Of a DNA stretch of 64,000 nucleotides, positions 11,389 through 24,173 are shown one piece after another. Made by a program: the position numbers and the translations under genes. The notes below the pieces were generated by a model. It was not told where the DNA came from. It searched no databases and saw only the letters and a list, made by a program, of their open reading frames with translations. Origin of the DNA: Neoconidiobolus thromboides FSU 785. Its lineage: Eukaryota > Fungi > Entomophthoromycota. Location of the stretch: contig MU626352.1 of assembly GCA_025603075.1 (NCBI GenBank), positions 1-64,000 of the forward strand, read 5' to 3'. The stretch's first letter is position 1, and each line of letters starts with the position of its first letter.

Positions 11389-12838
11389 ATGTCCCACAAA
11401 GTACCCCAAATCTTTCAAGATTTAGTAAATAGAGTCATGACTACTTTTTATGAGCCTAAATTTATTATTGTAATGAGTTTACTTAATCGATTAGATTGGT
11501 AAAGTTTAATTTTAATTGATTAAATCAATTTTGATTGATTTATATAAAATAATATAGGATAAGTGAAGATGTATTAATACGTAAATTAGTAATGCCAGCA
11601 AAAGAAGTCCAAAATATATGTTCTAGATTAAAAGATGATGGTTTTATTCATGTGTAATTTCTATTTTATTGAATAATGGAATTCCATTAAATTTTAAATT
11701 TACTAGTATCAAACGTAAAGAAACGAAAGGATTGGGAAATAAAACAATTGAAAAAACATATTATGCAGTCGATTATCCAAGATTTATTAATGTGACTAAA
11801 TGGAAAATTGCGGTTATTAATGAAAGTATAAAAAATCGAATGGACCAAGTAAGTTTATTAGTATAATTTTCATTCTTTTTTATTTTTAGTAACCTTGAAG
11901 CAATTAGAAACATCATCAACCTGGTTATTATTGTCCAGTATGTAATAAGGTGTATGATATGATTGAATTAGCCTTTAGTAATCGAGAATCGATGGGGGAT
12001 TTTAGATGTGAGGTAGAAACATGTAATAAAGCTATATTAATTATGGGTACGGTTAAAGAGAGTCAATGGTCCCCTCAAGAAACATTAGTTATGTTTAAAA
12101 AACAAACAGAAAAAATATTAGCCTTATTAAAAGAAACAGAAAAAGTGGAAGTGGTTTTGTAAGTTATTTAATGTTGCTTTTAAAAAAATTGAAGATTTTA
12201 TTGTATTTTTTATGTTTTAGGACAAAGGAAACCCTCACTCAAGCTATGGTTAAAAAAGAACAAGCTCAGAAAAGTAAGTGGTTAATCAAGAGTTAATGTG
12301 GTTACCTTTTTTTAATGACTTTTTTTATTAGGAGCTGCTAATGGTGAAATTGCATTTGCTCAAGATACAGGTGGTAATATCACTAAAATAACCGTTGTAT
12401 TAGCCGAAAATGATAAAGCAAGTAAAGAAGAATTAGAAGCAGAATTGGAAAAGAAACGGTAAATTTAATTAATTATTTGTAATTTATAATTATAATAATA
12501 ATAATATTTTATTTTATTTGTAATTTCTATAAAAAAGCCAACAAAATGCGATGCCTATTTGGTTTGTTAAATCAACAATTCGACCTCGAGTCAATCAATT
12601 TAATTTAAACGGTATGAAAAGAAATCTTAAACCAGAAATGGGCTCTGGATCCGCTATCGCAGTTAAGAAAATTAATACTCAATTAGAAGATGAAAAAAAA
12701 CGAATTGAAAAACAACAAAAAGAAGAATTGAAACGATTTAATTGTAAGTATTTTATTAATATGTTATTTATTTTAATGAATTTTTTATTTCTTATTTTTT
12801 TAGTTTATAAAGAATATTATCAAAATTTGATTAAATAA
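11389..12838 (+). CDS. TFA1: Transcription initiation factor TFIIE alpha subunit (multi-exon)
   Basis: Spliced product has FYEPKFIIVM, TYYAVDYPRFINVTKWKI, zinc ribbon YYCPVCNKVY...FRCEVETC and QQNAMPIWFVKST; stop TAA at 12836-12838. Confidence 0.88.
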
Positions 12839-12863
12839 GGGAGGAATATGATTTATTTTAAAT

Positions 12864-14884
12864 TCAAATTCGTACTTGAAAACTACCAGCTTTAGTTAAG
12901 GCTCTTACACCCTATTATGTTGAAAATTATTATTTCAATTTTTATATAAATAAATATATTCAATCTGACTTACTTTATATGGTTTATAGTTTTCATTAAT
13001 AACTTTTAAAGAATCAATTTTTAAATTAGAACAAGCTAAATTAGTTATATTAAATTTAATTTCTCCGACCCCACTTAATTCTTTTTGATTTGGACTATTA
13101 ATTTATTAATAAATTTCATAGTTAATTTGAATTTTATTTTATAATTATTAAATTTACCTTGTATAAGTACCATTTAAAATAGGTACTTTATCTTTTGGAT
13201 TTAACTTTTCAATTTTCCATATTAAATTCTGAAAGAATAAAAAATAATTAATAAATTAATATTATAAATATTATAAATTTAAGACTTACTTGTTCTTGAT
13301 AATCTAACATAAAAGTACCAATATTGGGATGAGCAATGATATTATTAATATCTTGATGATTAAATTTAAAACCAAATAAAATATTTTCAATTATTTTATT
13401 TTGTGGAAATTTAGGGTGCATTATAATTTCAAATCGACCTAATTAATATTATATATATTATATTCTAATTATTATAAAATACAAAATAAACTTTACCTCC
13501 TTCCCCGACTTTATGAATTTTACTAGTTATTGTAATTGGTATGAATTGATATGAATTTAATGTAGTACGATAACTCATTAGTTTAAATTGTCCGTCTGGT
13601 GGTATAAAATTTAATATTTTATTTAATTGAAATTTGTCATGACTAAATTAAAATAAATATAAAATAAATATAAAATAAATATAAATATAAATATAAAATA
13701 AATATAAAATAAATATAAAATAAATATAAATAAATAAATATTATATTATATTATATTAATATATAATTACTTACCGCACACATGGATGAAATGAAAAATC
13801 ATCAATTACATCTACTCGATTAAATGATATAGTTAAATCAGGCATACCTTAAATTAGATTATTAATTTGTATTCTATTGTATTATAATATTAATTGATAA
13901 CTAAATTGATATTTACCACTTAATCTACAATTGGCTAATATACTACCATGAATTTCACTTGAAACAATAGTACCATCACTAATAATTAATTAATAATATG
14001 TTATGTATTATTTCGTAAATAGCAATAATAGCTTACTTTGCTAAAATAGCATCAATTTCTTCTACAATATCAAAATAAATCTCATTACTTTTATAAACAA
14101 TTCCATTTTTACGCCAAGCAATATTTGATAAAGAACCAGTTAATAATTTATCATGTGTGCTATTAAAATATAAATATAAATAATAAATAATAAAAGAATA
14201 TGAATAATAAATATAAAAAGAACTTACTTTGATACGCCCGTAACTTTTGAAATCACTTTATTAATCATTGTTGGTGGTGTTATTATTCCTCTCAAATTAT
14301 TACTATCTGTTATTAATGGAAATCCATAATCAATCATTTCTTCTAACAACTAAATATATTTTTGTTTTATTAGTTTAATTATTGAATAATCAAATTAAAT
14401 TAACAATGTTCTTTTGCTTACTTGATAAATAATCACATAGTTTTCTTTTAAATTAAATTCATTAATATCTCCAATATATAATTTTAATACTTCAATAATT
14501 TTATACAAGAATTCAATCACCATCAATGGAGGAGCTAATTAAGTTGATTAATTAAAGTAATTTAGTATATTAAAACTAATAATAAAACTATATTCACCTT
14601 CTTTTTCATTAACAGCCAAAAATATAAATTCATTAATTAATATTGGTAAAAACAAACACTGGTATTGATTATAAATTGGTTCTAATGGCTTATTTTTTAA
14701 ATAATTATTATAAAATTGAGTTATCAAATGAGTAGCTATTCCTTTTTTCCAATGCTTTTCAATTAATATAATTCTATTTAATAGAATACAAATTAATATT
14801 AATGTTATTTAAAGTATCCTTATTTGTTAATAATGATAATCCTACTTACCCACTCTCTCTTTTAATAATATACAAACTTTCCAT
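12864..14884 (-). CDS. APM3: AP-3 adaptor complex mu subunit (multi-exon)
   Basis: N-terminus MESLYII..G-IILIEKHWKK; PPLMVIEFLYKI; DYGFP; RFEIIMHP; C-terminus GVRALTKAGSFQVRI*. Confidence 0.88.
13649..13740. repeat. AT-only tandem repeat (unit ~AAAATAAATAT) inside an APM3 intron
   Basis: Direct reading of repeated AAAATAAATAT / AAATAT units. Confidence 0.8.
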
Positions 14885-15267
14885 TTTTTTATCGTCTTGT
14901 TGCTTCAATTAATGTAAAAAGCTCAATTCATTGAATTATTGAAATTATGATGACATTGAATATTTTGGAAGAAATTTCAATAGATCAATCATTGGTTAAG
15001 CTTAAATTTTAATTTTTCGTTCTGATTATAGCAACTCAGTAAAAATGAATTTTTAAAAAATCAGTTATTGAATTTTATATTTAATAATAAATAAGTTATA
15101 ATTTAAAAAAAAAATCTAAATTAGGAAATAAAAAATAATTTTTTTTTAATAACAAAAGTTTTTGTGTAACATGTTTTAAAATTAGTAAATGTTTGTATGA
15201 TTTGAAATAAGACCAAAATCTAAGCTTTTACAGCTACTTTAATAAAATTTTAAAAAATTTCAATACA

Positions 15268-15690
15268 TGAAACTTGATACTCAGTGGTTGGAATCAAAAG
15301 GTTTTAGTTTGTGTAACTAAGATAAACTTGAACTATGGAAAATAGCATGTAGTATGCTACAGACTATACAAGGAAAATAGAATAGACAATACTACTGTAA
15401 AATCTATGTAAAATATTATCAGAAAGATTTAGTGGGTTTATTAAAGGTACAATATTGGGGAATAATTCAGTTAAAAAGCCTCGAATTATTATGAAGAATC
15501 TCTTTTATACTTTGCCAAGTATAGGTATCAAAACGAGACAATAGTATTCTTTGCAATATGAAGTTAGAAATTCTCGTAGTAAACCAAAATAAGAGCTTGG
15601 GATTGGTTGTCTCCGAACTCAAGAACACAATAACTTAAGTGATTGTTATGTTATAATCAATTATAGAGCTGACAGAGTGATATTTCATAA
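15268..15690 (+). mobile_element. Decayed fragment homologous to the interior of the 810-bp element at 29774-30583
   Basis: Reverse complement aligns along 29941-30403 (shared blocks TTCGAGGCTTTTTAACTGAATTATT, GTATTGTCTATTCTATTT, CAAGTTTATCTTAGT), with one ~45-nt indel; no TIR seen. Confidence 0.75.
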
Positions 15691-15707
15691 ATATAAGAAG
15701 GAAAAAC

Positions 15708-15815
15708 ATAGGAGGATGTTTTTTTTTGGTTTCATTACTTTTTCCATTTTTTAAACGCTATTTGAGTGGAAAGATTATCAATAAAATTGTTAAACACAGA
15801 AATACGTCCCCATAT
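15708..15815 (+). mobile_element. ~105-bp MITE, copy 6
   Basis: ATAG|GAGGATG...ACGTCCCC|ATAT; lies just downstream of the decayed fragment. Confidence 0.88.
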
Positions 15816-17030
15816 GTTAATTTGTAGTTCCAATAAATCAATACAAGATAAGCTCCACCAGTCCATATAATCATACTATTAAACACTATAACAGGCATAT
15901 AGTTTTTAAAAAATAGCAAAAATGATATAAAATCGTTTTTGATGCTTCATGTTTAAAAAAGCTATATTAGCAAAGTATATGATTTTGAATCTTTTTTCAA
16001 TATAACTTTATACTTAATAAATCAAATATGGATATCCACGATCTAAATTGTACTGATATGTACTAGAGATTTAGTTTATTCATTACAATGTTAGCCATCT
16101 TAAGCTGAATGGCACTAACTAATATGTTGCATCGACTTTTAAATATTCTTAATTCAAAACTCAATTTTGACAAAATACTTAATAATGGGAGGGTAGAATA
16201 CTGCTGGTTTGAGGCTGCTATCATCTATATGGTAATGCAATTTTTATATTATTGTGTTAATAGAATAATGACTTAGATAATAATAGTACCTACCATATAT
16301 AATATTTTTTCAAAAAGTTTATTTTTTCAATTTAATAAAAGTACTTAAATGCTTGTTGCTCTTTATTGATGACTAAAAGGCAACCAATTGATTAGGAGAA
16401 ACAAAAAAATTATTAAATTTTATCACTACATCATATTCAATAAGTATATTAATCAAATTATTTATAAAAATTAAGAAAGCAAATAAAACGAAGAGGAAGA
16501 CATGATCTGACCAAAATAAACATCTAGTATCAAAATATAATTTTGTTTCTATGAAAGTAATACCAATGTTGAATAAAATAATAAAATAACTTCTTATATT
16601 TTAGACAAGTATAAAGTCCATATACTATTAACCAACTTACTAAATAATACAATCAACCAACAACCTTATTCAAGTAAGCTTCTTTTAATCTTTAGATATT
16701 ATTTTCTACACTAAACAATCTTTAAACTTAATAATCAGTAATTGGTAAATCCAAATAAACTACCGCCTTAGTGTATTTTTGTTGATTTAATTAAACATAA
16801 CTAACCACGAATTACGCATACACCAGTATGGATTATATTACCTTTGAATACCAACAATACCAAAACTGTTTGTATGAAGCGTTCAAACACAAACTATCAG
16901 AATAAATATAAATTCATAAAACTTCAATCAACTATTTAGCTTTTCAATGTTATTATCAAAAGCTTCAAGTTTTGTTAATTATTTCTTTAAACGGTGCTAC
17001 TCTTATACTTTTGCTTTTAATCAGGCTAAC

Positions 17031-17136
17031 ATATGGGGATGTGTTTTTGTGTTTAAGAATTTACTAACAAATTTTCCGCTTAAATAACGCTTAAAAAGTG
17101 GAAAAAATAATGAAGTCAAAAAAAACACTCCCATAT
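17031..17136 (-). mobile_element. ~105-bp MITE, copy 7
   Basis: ATAT|GGGGATG...CACTCCC|ATAT; closely similar to copy 2. Confidence 0.9.
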
Positions 17137-18257
17137 GGTAATTTAATTCATATAATAGAAATTATGAGTTAATATTTATTTAATACAGTTCAATAGTGTT
17201 TAAAATAAAACCTCATCTCAGTTTTTAAACTAACAAAAATCTAAATGGAAAATCTACAAATTCATTTCGCAAAGAGACCCAAATTATTGACTCAAGGCCA
17301 TTATATGATCCTTCCTGGAATAGGTCACTATAAGTTCAATAATGGTAAACCTAAAGCTCATCAATAAGCTATTACAATAGTCCACAGCTAATTATATCAA
17401 CAAAATTTAAAATGATCCCAGAGATTATAAAGACTATAGTTTTTAAAGTTTTTATTATAATGGGGGGGGGGGAAATCCGGACTACCTAAGCTTTATAACT
17501 TACAAGGCTCAAATAGTGCTGGCAGGGTGTACTTTAAAATTTAAGAACTGTAAAGTAGCATTTTTACTACTCTATAGATAGGAAACGTAATCAAGCTTAA
17601 TCATCATTAACGATCCAAATTTAATAGAATTATATCCCAACTCGTGAATTCATTATCAACAATATCTTATAAACAATTCGAAGCTTGAGGTGTTAAATAT
17701 AACTCGACATCAAACTCAGTTAGTAATTTGACTGTTTTAAGTTTTGTTGAATTGTTAACATCTGTAAGTCCCTTATCCAATTTACCCATAAATGTCAAAA
17801 TTATAATATTATTCGTAGTTTAAATAACATATAATAATCAGTAAAATTATAGATAGTATATAACAGTTTAAACTGGAATTCAATAGCTATAATTTGTAAA
17901 GTATCAAAGGTTAAGTTTTAAATATGAAGTGAAATCTTTAGCTCAGGGATGTTTATCAAAATTAAGAATAATCCAGTGTTAAATTCAATTGGCAAAACTT
18001 CAACCGAATTACCAATGATATTTACTAGTTTATGAAATCCATTGGTATACTTAAGTTTGTAGCTTTGGCTAGTAATTCTTCAATTAAAAAAAATGTCATA
18101 ATTCACTTAATTTCAAAGATTTCATGTTCTAGTGTAGAAGAATGCTCAAATTTTTATTGCAAAGTTTAATCTGCAACTTGGTTGAGTGATTCCAATTTTA
18201 TAAAAAAAAATCGTTATTCCTATTCCATCGTCTTATAAAAAAAAAGAACACCCAAAA

Positions 18258-20312
18258 ATGAAACTATTACATCAACCGCGGATATTGACAGCAATTCTTA
18301 ACAGTATAAAATTGCAACCCAACTTAATAACTTTAAGAAGTGCCCACAACATCAGTTTAATGAAAAAAGAGTTACAAAATTTAACTTCCGATTACCATCA
18401 TCTCAATAGTTCCATTGTATATAAAGAATATGACTCCATCCTACAGCAAATAGCCAAATTACAATTGAATTATAGCCCATTAAATTTGAGAGATATGAAT
18501 ATATTGAATCTATTCTATAATCGATTATTAGAAGATAAAAGGATTAGCGGTGATAAAAAGAGAATAGAGGAGATTTTAGAGATTATTAACGTGGCTAAGT
18601 TGTTACCATTTAATTTTGTCTTGTTGATAGATAATATGCTGAATTCAGGTTTTGATTATGTGGATATTGCGAAGACGATGGAGAAAGGTAAGCATATTGT
18701 TTTCTATAATAAATTACTCGATAAAGTGGTGAGGAAGTGGATAATGGAAATCAAGGTCAACAAGGAATGGAAACGAGATGAAATGGAGATGAAATCAGTG
18801 TTGGACTTGATGAAGCAACATAAGAAATTTGATGAAAAGGATTTACAATTGATTGAATACAGTATCAGAAAAAATAAAGAGTTAAGTAAGGAACTGGAGT
18901 TAGAATATCGCTATTTTTTGTTTTTACAAAAAGCCAAAGAATTTAAATTAAATTGGGAAGAAGTTTATTGTTTTAGAGATTATCCAAAATATATTAATAA
19001 AGTTTACTATAATATATTAGAGTATTACTTATATAATAATAATATACAAGTGGATATTCAATTAGTATTTCAACTAATTAATAGTACGATAAAGATCCAG
19101 GAGGTCAAACCCAGTGAATTAAATCCAGCTAAATATCAGGTCAATTATGAGAGAATCGAAGCATTTGAGAATGTTATATTAAACCCCAATCACTTGAATT
19201 TGATATTTTTACATTGTATTAAATGGAATTATTTTGAAGAGTTAATTGAGTTATGGGAACAATATCCAGGGTTAATTAATGAACAAATTGTCACCAATTG
19301 TTGTATAGCATTGATTAGGAATAAACAACTAGATAAAGTAGAATATTTATTGAAATTAGCTAAAATTAGAGGATTAAACGATGGGAAAATTCAAATCAAT
19401 TTGTTATTGGAGCTGTATAATCACCAGGAATATCAAATGCTTTTAGAGTCCTTTAATACGAATTTGGAGTTATTGACGGAGGATAAGAATATTAATATAG
19501 AGAAAAGCAATGAGATAGAACATAAATTATACAATGACTTCAATTTAGTTAAATTAATCCAACAAATTAAAGACAATGAAATTATAGAAATAATAGAAGA
19601 AATGGGAATTAAAAATAAGAATTATAAATTAACAGAAAGTTTAATTATGAATCAAAAGTATACTTTTAAAAGGAAACAAGAGTTATTAAAAAAATATTTA
19701 TTTTATTTACCGAAATTTAAAATCACTAAAGAAAAATTGATTATGAATTTGATTGATAGTTGTATAGAGAAGAAGATTGGGAAGGAGGAATTTGATATTA
19801 CAGTTAGAAGTTTAAATTTACAAATGAATAATAAAATGTGGTTGTATTTTAAGTTAGCTAATGAAGAGACTGTTAACATCAATGAGGTTACAGCTGAGGA
19901 TTTAGAATCCTTATTTAAATTTGATAGGTTAGAGGTGATTTATCAACTAATTGATAATAAACAGTTTTTAGCTGAATTGATTCAGGATGTTAATAAACAT
20001 TCTATGGAGTATAATAATAGTGTAGTAAATAATAATAATAATAATAATAATATAGAGGCTAGTAAAAGTATAAAGTATAGTAATGAACAATTAAAAATTA
20101 TATACTATACATTTATAAAGTTTAATGATAAGAAAAGAATGATATACTTAATTAATCAATTGCCATTGAACATGAGTTATTTTTATTTGATTCAATGTTT
20201 CGAAATATTATTGCCCGATGTTAATGTAGATAAATATCTATTTCAATTTAATTTATTAAATTTAATAGATCTTTTATGGGAGTCATTAGAGAGTAATAAT
20301 AGTAAAATATAA
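18258..20312 (+). CDS. Intronless 684-aa helical-repeat (PPR-like) protein, probably mitochondrial
   Basis: Long uninterrupted ORF in AT-rich DNA; basic N-terminus with no acidic residues (presequence-like); PPR-like helices such as IVTNCCIALIRNKQLDKVEYLLKLAK; family call tentative. Confidence 0.6.
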   Translation: MKLLHQPRILTAILNSIKLQPNLITLRSAHNISLMKKELQNLTSDYHHLNSSIVYKEYDSILQQIAKLQLNYSPLNLRDMNILNLFYNRLLEDKRISGDKKRIEEILEIINVAKLLPFNFVLLIDNMLNSGFDYVDIAKTMEKGKHIVFYNKLLDKVVRKWIMEIKVNKEWKRDEMEMKSVLDLMKQHKKFDEKDLQLIEYSIRKNKELSKELELEYRYFLFLQKAKEFKLNWEEVYCFRDYPKYINKVYYNILEYYLYNNNIQVDIQLVFQLINSTIKIQEVKPSELNPAKYQVNYERIEAFENVILNPNHLNLIFLHCIKWNYFEELIELWEQYPGLINEQIVTNCCIALIRNKQLDKVEYLLKLAKIRGLNDGKIQINLLLELYNHQEYQMLLESFNTNLELLTEDKNINIEKSNEIEHKLYNDFNLVKLIQQIKDNEIIEIIEEMGIKNKNYKLTESLIMNQKYTFKRKQELLKKYLFYLPKFKITKEKLIMNLIDSCIEKKIGKEEFDITVRSLNLQMNNKMWLYFKLANEETVNINEVTAEDLESLFKFDRLEVIYQLIDNKQFLAELIQDVNKHSMEYNNSVVNNNNNNNNIEASKSIKYSNEQLKIIYYTFIKFNDKKRMIYLINQLPLNMSYFYLIQCFEILLPDVNVDKYLFQFNLLNLIDLLWESLESNNSKI

Positions 20313-20402
20313 ACTAAGACAACATAGAGTATTAATAAATAAATAAATAAAATATAGAATGAAATAATAAGTTAATTAAATAATTACATTTATTAGTATT
20401 AA

Positions 20403-21461
20403 TTAAAAGGGAGGAGGGGGTAATTCATAGTTAGGTAAACTATTTAAGATAGTATCTTTTGAGGACAAAGGTAACAAACAGATGGGATGATTTAAAAATA
20501 AATTTTTTTGATTATTTTTAAAATTAATTTTGATTTTTAAATAATGGTTAATTGTAAATAAATTGTTATTACAGTTATAATAATAATCTTGTTTTGGATT
20601 TTTGTTGATATTTAAATCAATTTTGAATTCATTAACACTACTTACAGAGTTAGTATTGCTATTGATTAATACAGTAGAGGAGTCGAGGATATAATTTTTA
20701 GTTTTAGTACAGTTGGAATATTCACTTTTATAAATAATTTCTCGCTTAATTAAACAAATAATACTATCAATAGTATCGTTTTGATTTAATAAATTGAAGT
20801 TAAAAAATACAGTCACGGGATCTTGGTTGCCAAAACAAGAAGATAAACAATAAATATTGTAAGTCAAATCATTGCTCTTGTTAGTAAATTGAATCATATT
20901 ATTCATGATTGGACAGGTAGGTAAAGGTAAACGATGAATGTTAATAGACCTAGTGGCATTCGATTTTAAATAGAACTTAATAGGTAAGAGTTGATTCAAT
21001 TTAAAATTCATAGGGAGATAATGGAAAAGTAATTGAATATCATAGGTCAATTTACCATTTTTAATTGTAATACTATTGTTTAAGTTACCCTCAATTAAAA
21101 AATTAAAAGTAAAATAATGAATTCCTCGGTTTAATATTACTTCATCTTCTGTATTATTATTGTTTCTATTATCTTGTAGTAAATCCAAAGATTGATTTAA
21201 TATAGTTTGTTTTGCTTGATAGCTTTTTTGATTATTAGTAAAATTAACTTGATTATTTCCAACTAAGTTTAACTTCATTTGATGAATAACAATGCTTCCT
21301 TTGTCATTATCTTCGATTATTGGAGTTGTATTAAGGTTGTTTTCAATTCTCACTCTTCCTTTAATTATATTACCATGACTTTCATTAGTATCGCCGTGTA
21401 AATTGATAACATCTTCTAATAATTCAATTGATGCTTTAACTTGATTATTTAAAAAAAACAT
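20403..21461 (-). CDS. Alpha-arrestin (ART/Rod1-like ubiquitin-ligase adaptor)
   Basis: LHGDTNESHGNIIKGRV, GIHYFTFNFLIEGNLNNSI, GKLTYDI, INHYLKIKINF; C-terminal PY-like LPNY and PPPPF. Confidence 0.78.
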   Translation of the reverse strand: MFFLNNQVKASIELLEDVINLHGDTNESHGNIIKGRVRIENNLNTTPIIEDNDKGSIVIHQMKLNLVGNNQVNFTNNQKSYQAKQTILNQSLDLLQDNRNNNNTEDEVILNRGIHYFTFNFLIEGNLNNSITIKNGKLTYDIQLLFHYLPMNFKLNQLLPIKFYLKSNATRSINIHRLPLPTCPIMNNMIQFTNKSNDLTYNIYCLSSCFGNQDPVTVFFNFNLLNQNDTIDSIICLIKREIIYKSEYSNCTKTKNYILDSSTVLINSNTNSVSSVNEFKIDLNINKNPKQDYYYNCNNNLFTINHYLKIKINFKNNQKNLFLNHPICLLPLSSKDTILNSLPNYELPPPPF

Positions 21462-23290
21462 AATGACTAATTATAAAAATAATAAAGAAAGGGAATAAAG
21501 AGAACAAAGAGAAACAAATAAGAGATATAAGTTATATATAAAAAATAATTCAAATTTTTTTTGTAAATTTAAATTGATTTTTAAGTTTATTTATATACTT
21601 TTTTTAGATAGCGTATAAAAATCATTACCATAATTAATTTACTACTCATTAACTTTAATATTTATGGAGTAATTATTTTTTCAACCCCAGAACATTTAAT
21701 TTAATTTCATTAAGTATTTATAAATGCTAAAAAAAGATTGGTCCAATTTTGAAAAATGATGGCAACTTACCCTTAACTCAACAAAGATTATTATAACGAT
21801 TGGCCACAAAGGTATCATGGTGATATAGCTATTTTAAGTTAGTGGGAATTAGATAAGCATTTGTTACAAGTATTTTTTTGTATTAATTTATACAATCCAT
21901 TCATAAAACTAAAATTACAATGTCATTGAGGTCCATGGGTTAGAAATCAACTTAATTGGTTGGTTTAAACAAGAGTGTTATCAAAAGTGATCTAAGACTG
22001 AAATCATAGCGTTTATTTCAATGGAGATTTTTATATATATTTTTGTTATATTAATAATAATACATTTAGTCTTTAAGATAATCCTATCAAAATAAATATA
22101 TCAAAATTATAATTTATTATTTAGTTGTAGTAATTATGGTTGATCGGTGAGTCATAATTTTAATTCAAAGGAGATGTGAAATAACTTTTTAATATTTATT
22201 TTTAGTTTCAATAAAAGATAAATAATAATGAAATATCGAAATTCACACTTTCTTATATAATACCATAGAATAAGTGAAACGTTATTTTAATTATTTAAGC
22301 AAAACATTATAATTCCTCAATTTTAAAACAATAGAAATTGTTTTGATAGAACCTTGTTTTAATTATATCTCATGAACTCATCCCTCCTTTCTTAGTTTAA
22401 ATCTAAATATGAAATAATCAAGAATATTTAATAAAACTTTTTGTTTTAAAAATATCCGATCATTTTCTCGTTATCTACTTCTTTAATATAAGAGTTCTTC
22501 TCTAAAACCAAGCTTACACAATATTCGATTCTCATTTTTTATCACCAAAAGTACCCTTAATATTGAATCAAAGAATAAAAACGTTAAGGGATCCTTACTT
22601 ACCCCACTTAATTTGATATATGCCATTTTTGGGTTGTTGGGTAGAATTTTTTGAAGATTAATAAATTACTTGAAGATGCATTTAAATAAGATGATCTTGA
22701 TTTTGACTGTAAAGCTTGATATTTGAGTGGTTGTTAATGCTTATGCTAAGATAAAAGGATTGTGGAGCTATTTACAACAATGTGAAGTATAAGTCATAAG
22801 ATCAAAATTAGAGGAGGAATTGGTAGTATATTTATTAAATTGTTACTTTTTTATTTCAATAGTTTTTACTTAATGCTATTATAGTTTTGAGATTTTATTC
22901 AAATAATAAAATAATTAGAATAAATAATTTCAAATAGAATAAAACTCTGGATCTTTTTTAAAATGGAATTTTTAGAAAATGGCGTTATCTAATTTATAAA
23001 ACCTAGTTATCTTGCCATTATCAAATAAACAGTAAACCACACTTACCAGCTTTTGATTTAAAAATCAAACTTTCAAGTTATTGCTTTTAATTCACTTAGA
23101 TTACTTAGTTGTCATTATTGGGGATGCTACTTTTTTCTATAATATGATAGATATTATATTATTGATATATTAAATCATTAGTATATTAGATTATTAATAT
23201 ATTAAATTATGACTATCTGGAATTATCAATATACTAATTATAGTCATAATGTTTTATATATATATTTTTATTGATGTAAAATATAATATT

Positions 23291-23890
23291 GGGGTTTCGA
23301 GCTTATAAGATTCTTATTGAAAATTTTGATCTATTCTGTATAAGTGATAAGGATTTAAAATTACAAGATAATAATCATGAGCAATCCGAATAACATTATA
23401 ATCTAATTTTAGTAATAAAGTCTAAGCATTAATAGGCATTAGCTCAGGATTTATTTATAATGTGTATAATCAAGTTTTATTTTTATTTAATTGTAGGAAG
23501 TAATTTTTATTAAATAAATTTAAAATTTAAAATGTTTTTGAATAATGTTATCATTTTTATTTCATAAAATTTCAAGCAAACTAATTGACTATTATCACTC
23601 ATACTATCATTATCAATAGTAGGTAGATGAATACCCTCAAATATCAATATAACTAATAAGCACTACTTATTAAAGAATAAAAGAATTAAATTCAAAAGTA
23701 AAGACAAAATAAAACTAAAATGAGTTTTGGGGAGACTTTTATTTACTAATAATAATAATGGCGTTAGTTATGATAATAGATAAATATCCCCAAAAACATT
23801 TTGAAATTATTATTTATTCATATTAGTTTTGTAATTGATGACAATATAATTATTTTATAAAAAAAACTAATTTAAGATACTCAAAACCCC
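23291..23890. mobile_element. 600-bp non-autonomous DNA element with short GGGGTTTYGAG TIRs and 8-bp TSD
   Basis: ATAATATT|GGGGTTTCGAG ... CTCAAAACCCC|ATAATGTT (TSD 7/8 identical); no ORF. Confidence 0.55.
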
Positions 23891-24069
23891 ATAATGTTTT
23901 ATTTATTAAGGGTACTCTTGTCTACTATCTAACAATAGTAACGTTATCAACAATAACGCTATTAAGAATTATAACAGATAAAAGTTGTTCTTATTAATAA
24001 GAATAAATATTTGTTTCAAAAGGTAAATCAACATTTCAAATAATATTTAAAATCCTTATTATTTTATAA

Positions 24070-24173
24070 ATATGGGGGTACTTTTTTCGGCTTCACTTTT
24101 TTCATCTTTTGAGCACTATTTGAGTGGAAAAATCGGTAGTAAAATTCTTAAACATAAAAATAGATATTCATAT
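24070..24173 (+). mobile_element. ~105-bp MITE, copy 8 (diverged)
   Basis: ATAT|GGGGGTAC...AGATATTC|ATAT. Confidence 0.85.

Noticed and set aside
23725-23796. TTTTGGGGA...TCCCCAAAA small inverted repeat
   Set aside because: Only ~9 bp, no TSD, single occurrence.
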